NCBI GenBank assembly: GCA_963809895.1
Contig: CAWELD010000003.1
Location: 512,001-576,000, forward strand
Length of the DNA: 64,000 bases
Direction of reading: 5' to 3'
Origin: an uncultured Gemmatimonadales bacterium
GTDB lineage: Bacteria > Gemmatimonadota > Gemmatimonadetes > Longimicrobiales > Gaopeijiaceae
Shown: one piece after another, positions 22,984-31,866 of the stretch
Numbering within the stretch: the stretch's first letter is position 1
Layout: the number at the start of each line of letters is the position of its first letter
Program-made: the position numbers and the translations under genes
Notes under the pieces: model-generated
Database searches by the model: none
What the model saw: only the letters and a program-made list of their open reading frames with translations
What the model was told of the DNA's origin: nothing

Positions 22984-23297
22984 CGCCGCGGCGGGCGGAC
23001 AGGAAAGCCGGAGGCGAGGCCATGGACCGGGCGATCGCCCGGCTCGGCATCCTGGAGACGCTCTTCCTGATGACGGCGGCCATCGCGGCGCTCCTGGCGG
23101 GGGCGCTGACGGCGTGGTTCGGCAAGGTGGCGCTGAGCTGGCCCTTCCGCACCGTGTGGTGGGTGAGTAGCCTCCTCTACTTCCTCGGGCCGGCCACCCT
23201 GGCGTGGCTGGGCTCCCGGCGCGAGGACGCCCGGCTCCGCGAGGCTCGGGCCCGACGACTCGAAGACGACGATTCCCGCGAGAACGGCGACGCGTGA
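22980..23297 (+). CDS. Hypothetical small membrane protein (about 2 TM)
   Basis: Fills the hisS-proS gap with ATGA overlap; two hydrophobic stretches. Confidence 0.7.
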   Translation: MTPRRADRKAGGEAMDRAIARLGILETLFLMTAAIAALLAGALTAWFGKVALSWPFRTVWWVSSLLYFLGPATLAWLGSRREDARLREARARRLEDDDSRENGDA

Positions 23298-23298
23298 C

Positions 23299-24762
23299 AT
23301 GGCGGACGACAAGAAGCTGACGCCCAGGGGCGAGGATTTCGCGGCCTGGTACAACGACGTGGTGCTCCGAGCGGAGCTGGCCGACTACTCCCCGGTGCGT
23401 GGCAGCATGGTCATCCGGCCGTGGGGCTACGGCATCTGGGAGCGCATGCAGCGGGCCCTGGACGACATGTTCAAGGCCACGGGGCACGAGAACGCCTATT
23501 TCCCTCTCCTGATCCCCATGAGCTTCATCGAGCGGGAGAAGGAGCACGTGGAGGGATTCCGGCCCGAGCTGGCGGTGGTGACCCACGCCGGCGGCAAGGA
23601 GCTGGAGGAGCCGTTGGTGATCCGGCCCACCTCGGAGACCGTCATCCTGGAGATGTTCCGCAAGTGGGTGCAGTCGTACCGGGATCTGCCGCTGCTCATC
23701 AACCAGTGGGCCAACGTCATGCGCTGGGAGCTGCGCACGCGGCTCTTTCTGCGCACCTCCGAGTTCCTCTGGCAGGAGGGCCACACGGCCCACGCCACCG
23801 CCGAGGAGGCCGAGGAGGAGACCCGCCGCATGCTGGGCGTCTACCGGACCTTCATGGAGGAGTGGATCGCCATGCCGGTGGTGACGGGGCTCAAGACCGA
23901 GTCGGAGAAGTTCGCCGGTGCGGTGCGGAGCTACGCGCTGGAGGCGCTCATGCAGGACAACAAGGCGCTCCAGGCCGGCACCTCGCACTTCCTGGGGCAG
24001 AACTTCTCTCGTGCCGCCGAGTTCACCTTCCAGTCCGAAGAAGGCGCCCAGGAGTACGCGTGGAGTACCTCCTGGGGCGTGTCCACCCGGCTGGTGGGCG
24101 GGATGGTCATGACCCACGGCGACGACGCGGGGCTCGTGGTCCCGCCGCGACTCGCGCCGGTGCAGGTGGTGGTGGTGCCCATCTACCGGAACGACGACGA
24201 GCGCGCCGCCACGCTGGCCAAGGCCGATCAGGTGAAGGCCCACCTGACCGAGGCCGGGGTCCGGGTCAAGGTCGATGCCCGCGATCATCTGAACCCCGGC
24301 GCCAAGTACTACGAGTGGGAGCGCAAGGGCGTCCCGCTGCGGGTCGAGGTGGGCCCGAAGGACCTGGAGAAGGGCCAGCTCGCCCTGGCGCGGCGCGTGG
24401 TCCCCGAGGGTGACAAGCGCAAGGCCTTCCTGCCGGAGGCCGAGGCCCTGGCGTCGATTCCGGGGCGGCTCGACGATTTCCAGGCCGAGCTCTTTCAGAA
24501 GGCGCTCGCCCGCCGCGAGGCCAACTCGCATCGGGGCGTGGACGACTGGGGCGAGATGAAGGAGATCCTGGAGACCAAGGGCGGCTTCGTCTACACCGGA
24601 TGGTCCGGGGACCCCGCGGTGGAAGAGCGCGTCAAGAACGAGATGAAGGCCACGATCCGCGTGATCCCGGGCGAGGAGTTTCGTTCGGATCGGGCGCCCA
24701 CGCGCTGCATCTCCGGCGAGGGCGAGGCGAAGCACGAGGTGGTGTGGGCCAGAGCGTACTGA
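23299..24762 (+). CDS. proS: Proline--tRNA ligase (archaeal/eukaryote-like type)
   Basis: WYNDVV..AELADYSPVRG, RPTSET, FLRTSEFLWQEGHT, QAGTSHFLGQNF, C-terminal ARAY. Confidence 0.97.
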   Translation: MADDKKLTPRGEDFAAWYNDVVLRAELADYSPVRGSMVIRPWGYGIWERMQRALDDMFKATGHENAYFPLLIPMSFIEREKEHVEGFRPELAVVTHAGGKELEEPLVIRPTSETVILEMFRKWVQSYRDLPLLINQWANVMRWELRTRLFLRTSEFLWQEGHTAHATAEEAEEETRRMLGVYRTFMEEWIAMPVVTGLKTESEKFAGAVRSYALEALMQDNKALQAGTSHFLGQNFSRAAEFTFQSEEGAQEYAWSTSWGVSTRLVGGMVMTHGDDAGLVVPPRLAPVQVVVVPIYRNDDERAATLAKADQVKAHLTEAGVRVKVDARDHLNPGAKYYEWERKGVPLRVEVGPKDLEKGQLALARRVVPEGDKRKAFLPEAEALASIPGRLDDFQAELFQKALARREANSHRGVDDWGEMKEILETKGGFVYTGWSGDPAVEERVKNEMKATIRVIPGEEFRSDRAPTRCISGEGEAKHEVVWARAY

Positions 24763-26045
24763 CCACGCCGTTCCCCCGCGTGCGGGGGGTCCTGCGTTGC
24801 GGGCCCTTCGACCTCCGCGAGCTGGCGGACCGCTTCCGCACGCCGCTCTACGTGTACGCGCTGGACCACGTGGAGGCCCGCTTCCGGGCGTTCACCACCG
24901 CCTTCTCCGGGATCCCGCATCTGGTGGCGTACTCGGTGAAGGCCAACGCCAACCTGGCGCTGCTCCATCGTCTCGGGACGCTGGGCGCCGGCGCGGACAT
25001 CGTCAGCCGGGGTGAGCTGTTCCGTGCCCGGCGGGCGGGGATCCCCGGCGAGCGCATCGTCTTCGCCGGGGTGGCCAAGACCGAAGAGGAGATGGAGGCG
25101 GGTCTGGCCGAGGGCATTCTGGCCTTCAACGTGGAGAGCCGGGGCGAGCTGGAGCGCCTGGAGGCCGTGGCCCGGGGGCTGGACGTGACGGCGCCCTTCG
25201 CGGTGCGGGTCAATCCCGACATTCTCGCACCCACGCCGCACGAGTACACGCGCACCGGACACGGCGCCTCCAAGTTCGGCGTGCCCCCCGAGGAAGCGCT
25301 GGACCTGTACCGGTGGGCGCGCGGCCGGCGCCACCTGCGGGCCGTGGGCGTGGACCTGCACATCGGCTCCCAGATCTCCGAGGTGGAGCCGTACGTGGCG
25401 GCGCTGGACCGGGTGCTGGAGCAGGTGGTGCGCGCGCTCCCGAACGGGGGACGGGACCTGGACTTCCTGGACCTGGGCGGGGGCTACGCCGTGGCATACG
25501 GCGACGCCCGCGGCAGCCTGGACCTGGCGGCCTTGGCCGATGAGGTGGTCCACCGGGTGAGCGCCCTGGAGCTGCGGCTGATCCTGGAGCCGGGACGCTC
25601 GCTGGTGGGCGAAGCCGGCGTTCTCCTGACCCGGGTCCAGTACCTGAAGACGGCGGGCACCAAGACCTTCGTGGTGGTGGACGGCGGCATGACCGAGCTC
25701 ATCCGGCCCAGCCACTACGGTGGCTACCACGCCATCGAGCCCGTGGAGGCCCGCCCCGGGCGGCCGGTGGCGGTGGTCGACGTGGTGGGCCCCATCTGCG
25801 AGACCGGCGATTTCCTGGCCCGGGAGCGTCATCTGGCGCTGCCCGAGCCCGGGGACCTGCTGGCGGTCCACACCGCCGGCGCGTACGGCTTCGCCATGGC
25901 CTCCAACTACAACGCCCGTCGGCGCCCGGCCGAGGCGGTGGTGGAGGGCGATCAGGTCCACCTGGTCCGGGCTCGGGAGACGCTGGAGGACCTGGTGCGG
26001 GGGGAGTCCATCCCCTGGATCGACGAAGATGGCGGGGAGGCCTGA
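24744..26045 (+). CDS. lysA: Diaminopimelate decarboxylase
   Basis: TPLYVY, YSVKAN (PLP lysine), SKFG, HIGSQI, EPGRSLVG, GPICETGD, SNYN; start uncertain, overlaps proS end. Confidence 0.96.
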   Translation: MGQSVLTTPFPRVRGVLRCGPFDLRELADRFRTPLYVYALDHVEARFRAFTTAFSGIPHLVAYSVKANANLALLHRLGTLGAGADIVSRGELFRARRAGIPGERIVFAGVAKTEEEMEAGLAEGILAFNVESRGELERLEAVARGLDVTAPFAVRVNPDILAPTPHEYTRTGHGASKFGVPPEEALDLYRWARGRRHLRAVGVDLHIGSQISEVEPYVAALDRVLEQVVRALPNGGRDLDFLDLGGGYAVAYGDARGSLDLAALADEVVHRVSALELRLILEPGRSLVGEAGVLLTRVQYLKTAGTKTFVVVDGGMTELIRPSHYGGYHAIEPVEARPGRPVAVVDVVGPICETGDFLARERHLALPEPGDLLAVHTAGAYGFAMASNYNARRRPAEAVVEGDQVHLVRARETLEDLVRGESIPWIDEDGGEA

Positions 26046-26057
26046 CCCGCCGCGAGG

Positions 26058-26066
26058 TGCTATGAT
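26058..26066 (+). promoter_or_regulatory. Putative extended -10 promoter for guaA
   Basis: TG-c-TATGAT about 54 bp upstream of the guaA ATG. Confidence 0.45.
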
Positions 26067-26119
26067 CGCGGCTCTCGCCCGAAGCGGGGCCGCCTTCCCA
26101 AACCACTGACGACGCGCAC

Positions 26120-27670
26120 ATGCACGAGCACGACCGCATCCTGATCCTGGACTTCGGCTCCCAGTTCACGCAGCTCATCGCCCGGCGGGTCCGCGAGGAG
26201 CGGGTCTACAGCGAAATCCATCCCGGCGACCGCGACCTGGAGTGGATCCGCGCATGGAAGCCCGACGGCATCATCCTGAGCGGCGGCCCGTCGTCGGTCT
26301 ACGACGAGGGCGTGCCCACCGCGGCTGCGGGCATCCTGGAGTTGGGCGTCCCGGTGCTGGGGATCTGCTACGGGATGCAGCTCATTGCCCGCATGGAGGG
26401 CGCCGGCGTGCTCCGGGGCAAGCGGGAGTACGGCCGGGCGGACCTGGAGGTGGGGGAGGGGGGAGGGCTCTTCGACGGCTTCGAGGCCGGCGAGCACACC
26501 CAGATCTGGTGCTCCCACGGCGACCACGTGGACACGCCTCCCGAGGGGTACCGGGTGCTGGCCTCCACCGGCTCGCTGCCCGTGGCGGCCTTCGCGGGCC
26601 GGGACGGGCGGGTGCTGGGCGTGCAGTTCCACCCCGAGGTGGCCCACACCGTCCGGGGCGACGAGATCCTGTCCAACTTCCTCTTCGAGATCTGCGGGTG
26701 CGAGCCGTCGTGGACCGCCGGCGCCTTCATCGACGAGACCGTGGCGGCGATCCGCCGGCAGGTGGGCGACGAGGCCACCGTCATCTGCGGGCTCTCCGGT
26801 GGCGTGGACTCGTCCGTGGCGGCCACCCTGGTGCACCGCGCGGTGGGCGACCGGCTCACCTGCATCTTCGTGGACAACGGCCTGCTACGTAAGGGAGAAC
26901 GTGAAGGCGTCGAGCGTACCTTCCGCAAGCACATGGGGATACGCCTGGTGGTCGCCGACGCCACGGACGCCTTTCTAGGTGCGCTGGAGGGCGTCACCGA
27001 CCCGGAGGAAAAGCGGCGCGCCATCGGCCGCGTCTTCATCGAGGTCTTCAACCGCACGGCCACCGACGAAGGGACCGGCGCCACGTTCCTGGTGCAGGGC
27101 ACGCTCTATCCCGACGTCATCGAGTCGGTGTCGGTGGGCGGCCCGTCGGTGACCATCAAGAGCCACCACAACGTGGGCGGGCTCCCCGACGACGTGCCCT
27201 TCGAGCTCATCGAGCCGCTCCGGGACCTCTTCAAGGACGAGGTGCGTCAGGTGGGCCGCGAGCTCGGGCTCCCCGAGGAGTTCATCGGCCGCCACCCCTT
27301 CCCGGGCCCCGGCCTGGGGATCCGCGTGCTGGGCGACATCACCCGGGAGCGGCTGGACGTGCTGCGCGAGGCCGACGCCATCTACCTGGAGGAGATCCGC
27401 GAGGCGGGCCTCTACGACGAGATCTGGCAGGCCTTCGCGGTCCTGCTCCCCGTGCGCTCGGTGGGCGTCATGGGTGACGCCCGCACCTACGACAACGTGG
27501 TGGCGCTCCGGGCCGTGACCTCCCGCGACGGCATGACCGCCGACTGGTACCCGTTCCCCCATGAGGTCCTGGGCCGCATCTCCACCCGCATCATCAACGA
27601 GGTGGAAGGCGTGAACCGCGTCACCTACGACGTGAGCTCGAAGCCGCCCGCGACCATCGAGTGGGAGTAG
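26120..27670 (+). CDS. guaA: GMP synthase (glutamine-hydrolysing)
   Basis: [52 protein letters not shown]. Confidence 0.98.
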   Translation: MHEHDRILILDFGSQFTQLIARRVREERVYSEIHPGDRDLEWIRAWKPDGIILSGGPSSVYDEGVPTAAAGILELGVPVLGICYGMQLIARMEGAGVLRGKREYGRADLEVGEGGGLFDGFEAGEHTQIWCSHGDHVDTPPEGYRVLASTGSLPVAAFAGRDGRVLGVQFHPEVAHTVRGDEILSNFLFEICGCEPSWTAGAFIDETVAAIRRQVGDEATVICGLSGGVDSSVAATLVHRAVGDRLTCIFVDNGLLRKGEREGVERTFRKHMGIRLVVADATDAFLGALEGVTDPEEKRRAIGRVFIEVFNRTATDEGTGATFLVQGTLYPDVIESVSVGGPSVTIKSHHNVGGLPDDVPFELIEPLRDLFKDEVRQVGRELGLPEEFIGRHPFPGPGLGIRVLGDITRERLDVLREADAIYLEEIREAGLYDEIWQAFAVLLPVRSVGVMGDARTYDNVVALRAVTSRDGMTADWYPFPHEVLGRISTRIINEVEGVNRVTYDVSSKPPATIEWE

Positions 27671-27750
27671 GGGCGGGCGCTACGGGTCGTTCGCGCCGTC
27701 TCGGATGGGCTCTGCGGCCGGTGATGGCGACGGCCGGGGGGGAGCCGCCT

Positions 27751-27935
27751 CGCGTGGGCTTCGCAGCCAGGGACGGTCGGAGCGCGGGCCGCCGGCTGCG
27801 AAGTCCATGACTATCCGGGTGTTCGCAGCCGCCGGCTGTGTGGCGACGGCCCGCGGCTGCAAAGGCCATGATAGTCATGGTGTTTGCATCCACCTCTCCG
27901 GGAACGGGCCATCGGTGGCTGCGAAGACCATGCGC
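27751..27935. repeat. REP-like palindromic repeat array (37-bp unit, 61-62 bp period)
   Basis: Full units 27794-27830 (ggctgcgaa..ttcgcagcc) and 27855-27891; half units ending 27768 and starting 27917. Confidence 0.75.
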
Positions 27936-27949
27936 GCGGCCCGTCGGCT

Positions 27950-28133
27950 ATCACCCAATATGCCGCCCACATGAGGTGTCGAGAGCTCAATCCGCCCCGG
28001 ATTGGGCAATAGTCCGCCACGATATCGCCCGGGCGGTGCGCTCGGGCCACGTGGGTTGCGGTGTGGGCAACTATTCGCCAATCCGTGGTCGAGCGTCGAT
28101 TGCAGGGGCGATGTGGGCTGCATTGTGAGCGAT
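27950..28133. repeat. Nested imperfect inverted repeats (MITE/REPIN-like)
   Basis: Outer arms 27950-27972/28111-28133, inner arms 27998-28022/28062-28085. Confidence 0.65.
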
Positions 28134-28202
28134 CCCTTGCCCGTGCGCCCTGGAACTGCGCGACGAGACCTCGTGAGCCGCGTCGCAGACGAGCCCGGCG
28201 GC

Positions 28203-29102
28203 TTACATCTCCATCAGCTCGAGCAGCACCAGCGACTCCACGCCGAACTCGCCGCGCTCCACACCGACGACGTAGCCCTCGCGGAAGCGGAGGCCTTCGA
28301 CACCGGGCGGGAGCTCGACCCAGCGCAGGGAGTCGTCGGCCAGTGACCAACGGGCCCAGCGCTCGCCCTTGTCCGGGTCCAGGATCCTGGGCCCGCCCTG
28401 GCGCATCCAGACATTGCCCTCTTCGTCGCCGACGACCCTGGTCCAGGCGGACCAGTGGTCGGGAGGAACGACCTCGATGGGCGCGCCCTCGGCTCCGGGC
28501 TCGATGTTCCAGCGGCGGTAGTACCAGGCGATGGCGGCCTTGTGCTCTGCTTCTGAAAGCGGGCGAACGGCACCGGGTAGAGTCTTGGTGCGAACGAGCG
28601 TCGGGCTGTCGCGCCCCACCTGATAGACCCGGCCTGTGGAGGTGGCACCGTCCACCCACACCACCAGCGAATCTCCCAGGACCCAGACGCCGCCGTCGGG
28701 GCCGAGGTTCCCACGAGGGCTCGTGTTGAGATGGAGGGAATCGTCCATAGGATGTCGCAACCAGGTCGGATTCCCATCGTAGGAGGCGAGGGTATCGACA
28801 GCATCCAAGGACCGCCACATCAGCAGGCTATAGCGGCTGACCGACCTGCTGGGATGACTCGCGCCCAGCAAGGTGTGTAGCCCCATCCACCAACCATACC
28901 GGGCCGGCCAGAGCCGTTCGATCCAGTAGACGCCGCCGCCCCGATTGAGAGGATCAGCGACGGTGCTGGTCCTTCCGTGTTGACCCATTGCGTCGAAGAC
29001 CGCGTAGCGTTTTAGGCCAAGGTCGTAGATCCGCAAGGAATCGTGGACGATGCTTACCGACAGTGGCAAGGCATGCGGGGCGCGCCAGCCCGCCTCCCTC
29101 AC
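28203..29102 (-). CDS. Beta-propeller-like protein, probably 5'-truncated
   Basis: DSLRIYD..RYAVFD, VVGDEEGNVWM, VVGVERGEFGVE; no signal peptide; GTG overlaps the Rid gene stop. Confidence 0.55.
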   Translation of the reverse strand: MREAGWRAPHALPLSVSIVHDSLRIYDLGLKRYAVFDAMGQHGRTSTVADPLNRGGGVYWIERLWPARYGWWMGLHTLLGASHPSRSVSRYSLLMWRSLDAVDTLASYDGNPTWLRHPMDDSLHLNTSPRGNLGPDGGVWVLGDSLVVWVDGATSTGRVYQVGRDSPTLVRTKTLPGAVRPLSEAEHKAAIAWYYRRWNIEPGAEGAPIEVVPPDHWSAWTRVVGDEEGNVWMRQGGPRILDPDKGERWARWSLADDSLRWVELPPGVEGLRFREGYVVGVERGEFGVESLVLLELMEM

Positions 29103-29500
29103 ACCACCGCGTCGGCCTCGATCTCCACCAGCAGGTCTGGGTCGATGAGGCGGCGGACCTCCACCATGGTCGTCGTGGGTGGGAAGTCGCCGAAGACCTC
29201 TCCGTGGGCGCGGCCGATGTCCTGCCATCGCTCGATGTCGGTGACGAACATGCGGGTGCGGACGACCTTGTCCATGCCCACGCCGAGCTCGGCCAGCGCC
29301 CGGCGGATGATCTCCAGGCAGCGGCGGGTCTGCTCGTAGGGGTCGCCGGGGGCGTGGACGCTGCCGTCGTCGGCCACCGAGGCGGTGCCGGTGACGAATA
29401 CGCGCTCGCCGACCCGTAGGGCGCGGCAGTAGGCGACCCGCTCCTCCCACGGCGCGCCCGAGAACACCCTGGTGCGGCCGTTCTGCTCCGATCCTGGCAT
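29099..29500 (-). CDS. RidA/YjgF/UK114 family protein
   Basis: SGAPWEERVAYCRA.RVG..VFVTGT, VVRTRMFVTDI, LLVEIEADA; AGGAGGA SD. Confidence 0.93.
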   Translation of the reverse strand: MPGSEQNGRTRVFSGAPWEERVAYCRALRVGERVFVTGTASVADDGSVHAPGDPYEQTRRCLEIIRRALAELGVGMDKVVRTRMFVTDIERWQDIGRAHGEVFGDFPPTTTMVEVRRLIDPDLLVEIEADAVV

Positions 29501-29597
29501 GGCGTCTGCATCCTCCTGCGGGCAACCGGGACGAGCCGCCGCCGACGCGGTGGCCGCCCCGGTCTGTTCATCGACCACGAAAGCGAAGGAGAATCCT

Positions 29598-30224
29598 ATG
29601 CGATGCACGCGCCTGCTGGCCACCGCGGCCGCGCTGGCTGCCCTGGCCATCCCCTCTCCCGGCGCGGCGCAGGTGGCCTGGGACGGACCCATGCTCATGG
29701 CGCCCGGCGCGCCCGCGGGCTGGGGATTCCACCTCGTCGACCCGGACTACGGCGGAGGGATCGGAGGACTGGTGACCTGGCGGCGGGCACCGGCGCCGGT
29801 GGGGATCGGCCTCCGCGCCGGGCTCTACGACGGGGTCGAGGAGGACCTCGCGTTCGCCGGCGGCCTGGACGTGTCCGGCGCCATCTACCGGGGCACAGGC
29901 GAGGTTCCCATGGACGCGATCTGGTTCGTGGGCGCCGGCCTGGGGGTGGAAAACGACATCCTCATGAGCTTCCCGGCCGGGATCTCACTGGGCTGGTCCG
30001 TGGTGGGCGACAACGTGGCGTTCCGGCCCTACGTGGCGCCCCGCATCGTCCTGGACGCGCTCCTGGACGACAACGACGACAACGATGCGCTGGACCTGGG
30101 CGCTGCGGTGGAAATCGGGCTCGACCTGGCCTTCGATCCCCGCTGGGCGATCCGGGCCGCGGGCTCCTTCGGCGATCGCGACGCGGTGTCCATCGGCTTC
30201 GTGCTCACGCCCGTGGGCCGCTGA
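29598..30224 (+). CDS. Hypothetical secreted protein, probably a small outer-membrane beta-barrel
   Basis: Signal peptide (..PGAA|Q), alternating amphipathic strands, FRPYV and GLDLAF; AAGGAG SD. Confidence 0.7.
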   Translation: MRCTRLLATAAALAALAIPSPGAAQVAWDGPMLMAPGAPAGWGFHLVDPDYGGGIGGLVTWRRAPAPVGIGLRAGLYDGVEEDLAFAGGLDVSGAIYRGTGEVPMDAIWFVGAGLGVENDILMSFPAGISLGWSVVGDNVAFRPYVAPRIVLDALLDDNDDNDALDLGAAVEIGLDLAFDPRWAIRAAGSFGDRDAVSIGFVLTPVGR

Positions 30225-30242
30225 AGCGGCGCACGGCGGCGC

Positions 30243-31451
30243 TCACTCCACCTGACAAACGAGGCACTTGAGGTAGGCCGTTTCGGGACAGGTGGGTGAC
30301 ACGGGATGATCGGAGGGCTGGCCGTGCGCTTCCAGAATGCGCACGCGCCGGCCCGTCCGCTCTTCCACCCCCGCCAGCACCTGCACGAACTGATCACGGC
30401 TCACGCGGCCGGTGCACGAGCAGGTCACCAGAATCCCGCCTGGCTCCAGGCACCCCACGGCCAGCTCGTTGAGCCGGCCGTAACCCTTGAGCGCCTGGGG
30501 CACGCCGCGGCTGGAGCGCGCGAAGCGGGGCGGGTCCAGGACGATCATGTCGTAGCGCGCCCCGGCCTCGCCCCGGGACTCCAGCCAGCCGAAGGCGTCG
30601 GATTCGGTGACGCTCAGCCGCTCGCCGTCCAGCCCGTTCCGGCGCGCGTTCTCGCGGGCCAGCTCCAGCGCCGAGCCGGACACGTCCACCGCGTCCACGC
30701 TGGCCGCGCCCGCCGCCAGCATGGGCAGCGTGAATCCCCCGGTGTAGCAGCACACGTCGGCTACCCGCCGCCCTGGTGCGTAGCGCGCGGCCCGCGCCCG
30801 GTTCTCGCGCTGATCCAGATACGCACCCGTCTTCTGACCGGTGCGCAGGTCCACGGCCCAGCGGAGCCCGTTCTCTAGGTATTCGACCGGCTCCGGGGGC
30901 TCGTCGCCGACCAGGGGCCCGTCGCTGATGTCCAGGCCTTCCTCTTCCAGGATCCCCTTCTGGGTGCGCAGCACGATTCCCTGGACGTCGACGTGCGGGG
31001 CCAGCGCATCGCGCAGCGCGGCGAGCAGGGCGTCCCGGCGCCCCCACAGCGCCAGGCTGGTGAACTGGACCGCGAGCCAGGTGCCGTAGCGGTCCACCGT
31101 GAGTCCGCTGATGCCGTCGCCCTCGGAGAACACCAGGCGGCAGGCGCCCTCGGGATCCAGGAGTCCCAGCGTCTCGCGGGAGGCCACGGCCCGCGCCACC
31201 AGCGTTCGCCAGAAGGCGTCCTCGAGCTCGTCTTCGGGGGACCACGTGTAGAGCCGCACGCGAATCTGGCTGCGTCCGTTGAAGAGCCCCCGGGCCACGA
31301 AGCTGCCGTCGTCGGCCCGCACCTCCACGGCGTCGCCGTCGTCCGGGTCGCCCTCCACCCGGGCCACCGAGCCCGAGAAGACCCAGGGGTGGCGCCCCAC
31401 GAAGGGCCGCTCGCGGCCTCGAGCGAGATGAACGACGGCGCGGGCAGACAC
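30243..31451 (-). CDS. rlmI: RlmI-like class I SAM-dependent rRNA methyltransferase with PUA domain
   Basis: HPWVFSG, SEGDGISGLTVDRYG, GQKTGAYLDQRENR, CYTGGF, IVLDPPRF, YLK. Confidence 0.9.
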   Translation of the reverse strand: MSARAVVHLARGRERPFVGRHPWVFSGSVARVEGDPDDGDAVEVRADDGSFVARGLFNGRSQIRVRLYTWSPEDELEDAFWRTLVARAVASRETLGLLDPEGACRLVFSEGDGISGLTVDRYGTWLAVQFTSLALWGRRDALLAALRDALAPHVDVQGIVLRTQKGILEEEGLDISDGPLVGDEPPEPVEYLENGLRWAVDLRTGQKTGAYLDQRENRARAARYAPGRRVADVCCYTGGFTLPMLAAGAASVDAVDVSGSALELARENARRNGLDGERLSVTESDAFGWLESRGEAGARYDMIVLDPPRFARSSRGVPQALKGYGRLNELAVGCLEPGGILVTCSCTGRVSRDQFVQVLAGVEERTGRRVRILEAHGQPSDHPVSPTCPETAYLKCLVCQVE

Positions 31452-31473
31452 AGGGCGGTGGCCGGGTGGGCGC

Positions 31474-31866
31474 TCAGCCCGAGGTGTCGCGCGCTGAGAC
31501 CGGCCCGGGGGTACTGTCGCCCTCGACCCCCTTGGTCTCCATGCGGCTCTCGACCTCGTCCCAGACGGCCTCCATGTAGGGCACGTCGGCGCCGTGGGCC
31601 TCGGCGAAATCCAGGAGGTCCTGGCCGCTGACGTCGTGCTCCTGGAGGATCCCGTCGCGCTGCGCGTCGCTGAGCTCGCCGGTGGGCGAGGTGACGGCCG
31701 CCACGCGCAGGTCCACCCAGGTGGCGATGAAGGTCTCGCGGTCGATGACCGACGCATCCGCTCCCTGGTCGCCGCATGCCGCGACCAGCGTCAGGGCGGC
31801 CCCCGTCAGCAGGGGGAGCAGGGCGGGGAGGCGGCGGAGACGGAGCCGCCGGGCGACGCTCGTCAT
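31474..31866 (-). CDS. Hypothetical lipoprotein
   Basis: Basic N-terminus, hydrophobic stretch, lipobox VAAC; ATGA overlap with the OPT gene. Confidence 0.75.
   Translation of the reverse strand: MTSVARRLRLRRLPALLPLLTGAALTLVAACGDQGADASVIDRETFIATWVDLRVAAVTSPTGELSDAQRDGILQEHDVSGQDLLDFAEAHGADVPYMEAVWDEVESRMETKGVEGDSTPGPVSARDTSG

Noticed and set aside
27751..27935. CRISPR array interpretation of the 37-bp repeats
   Set aside because: Only two full, divergent units with inverted cores and short spacers; no cas genes in the window
27621..28346. Short ORFs within the guaA downstream spacer
   Set aside because: They overlap the palindromic repeats, lack SD sequences and give uninformative translations
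27671..29100. Integrative element at the guaA 3' end
   Set aside because: No integrase or transposase, and no duplicated guaA 3' end (att site) was recognised in the window
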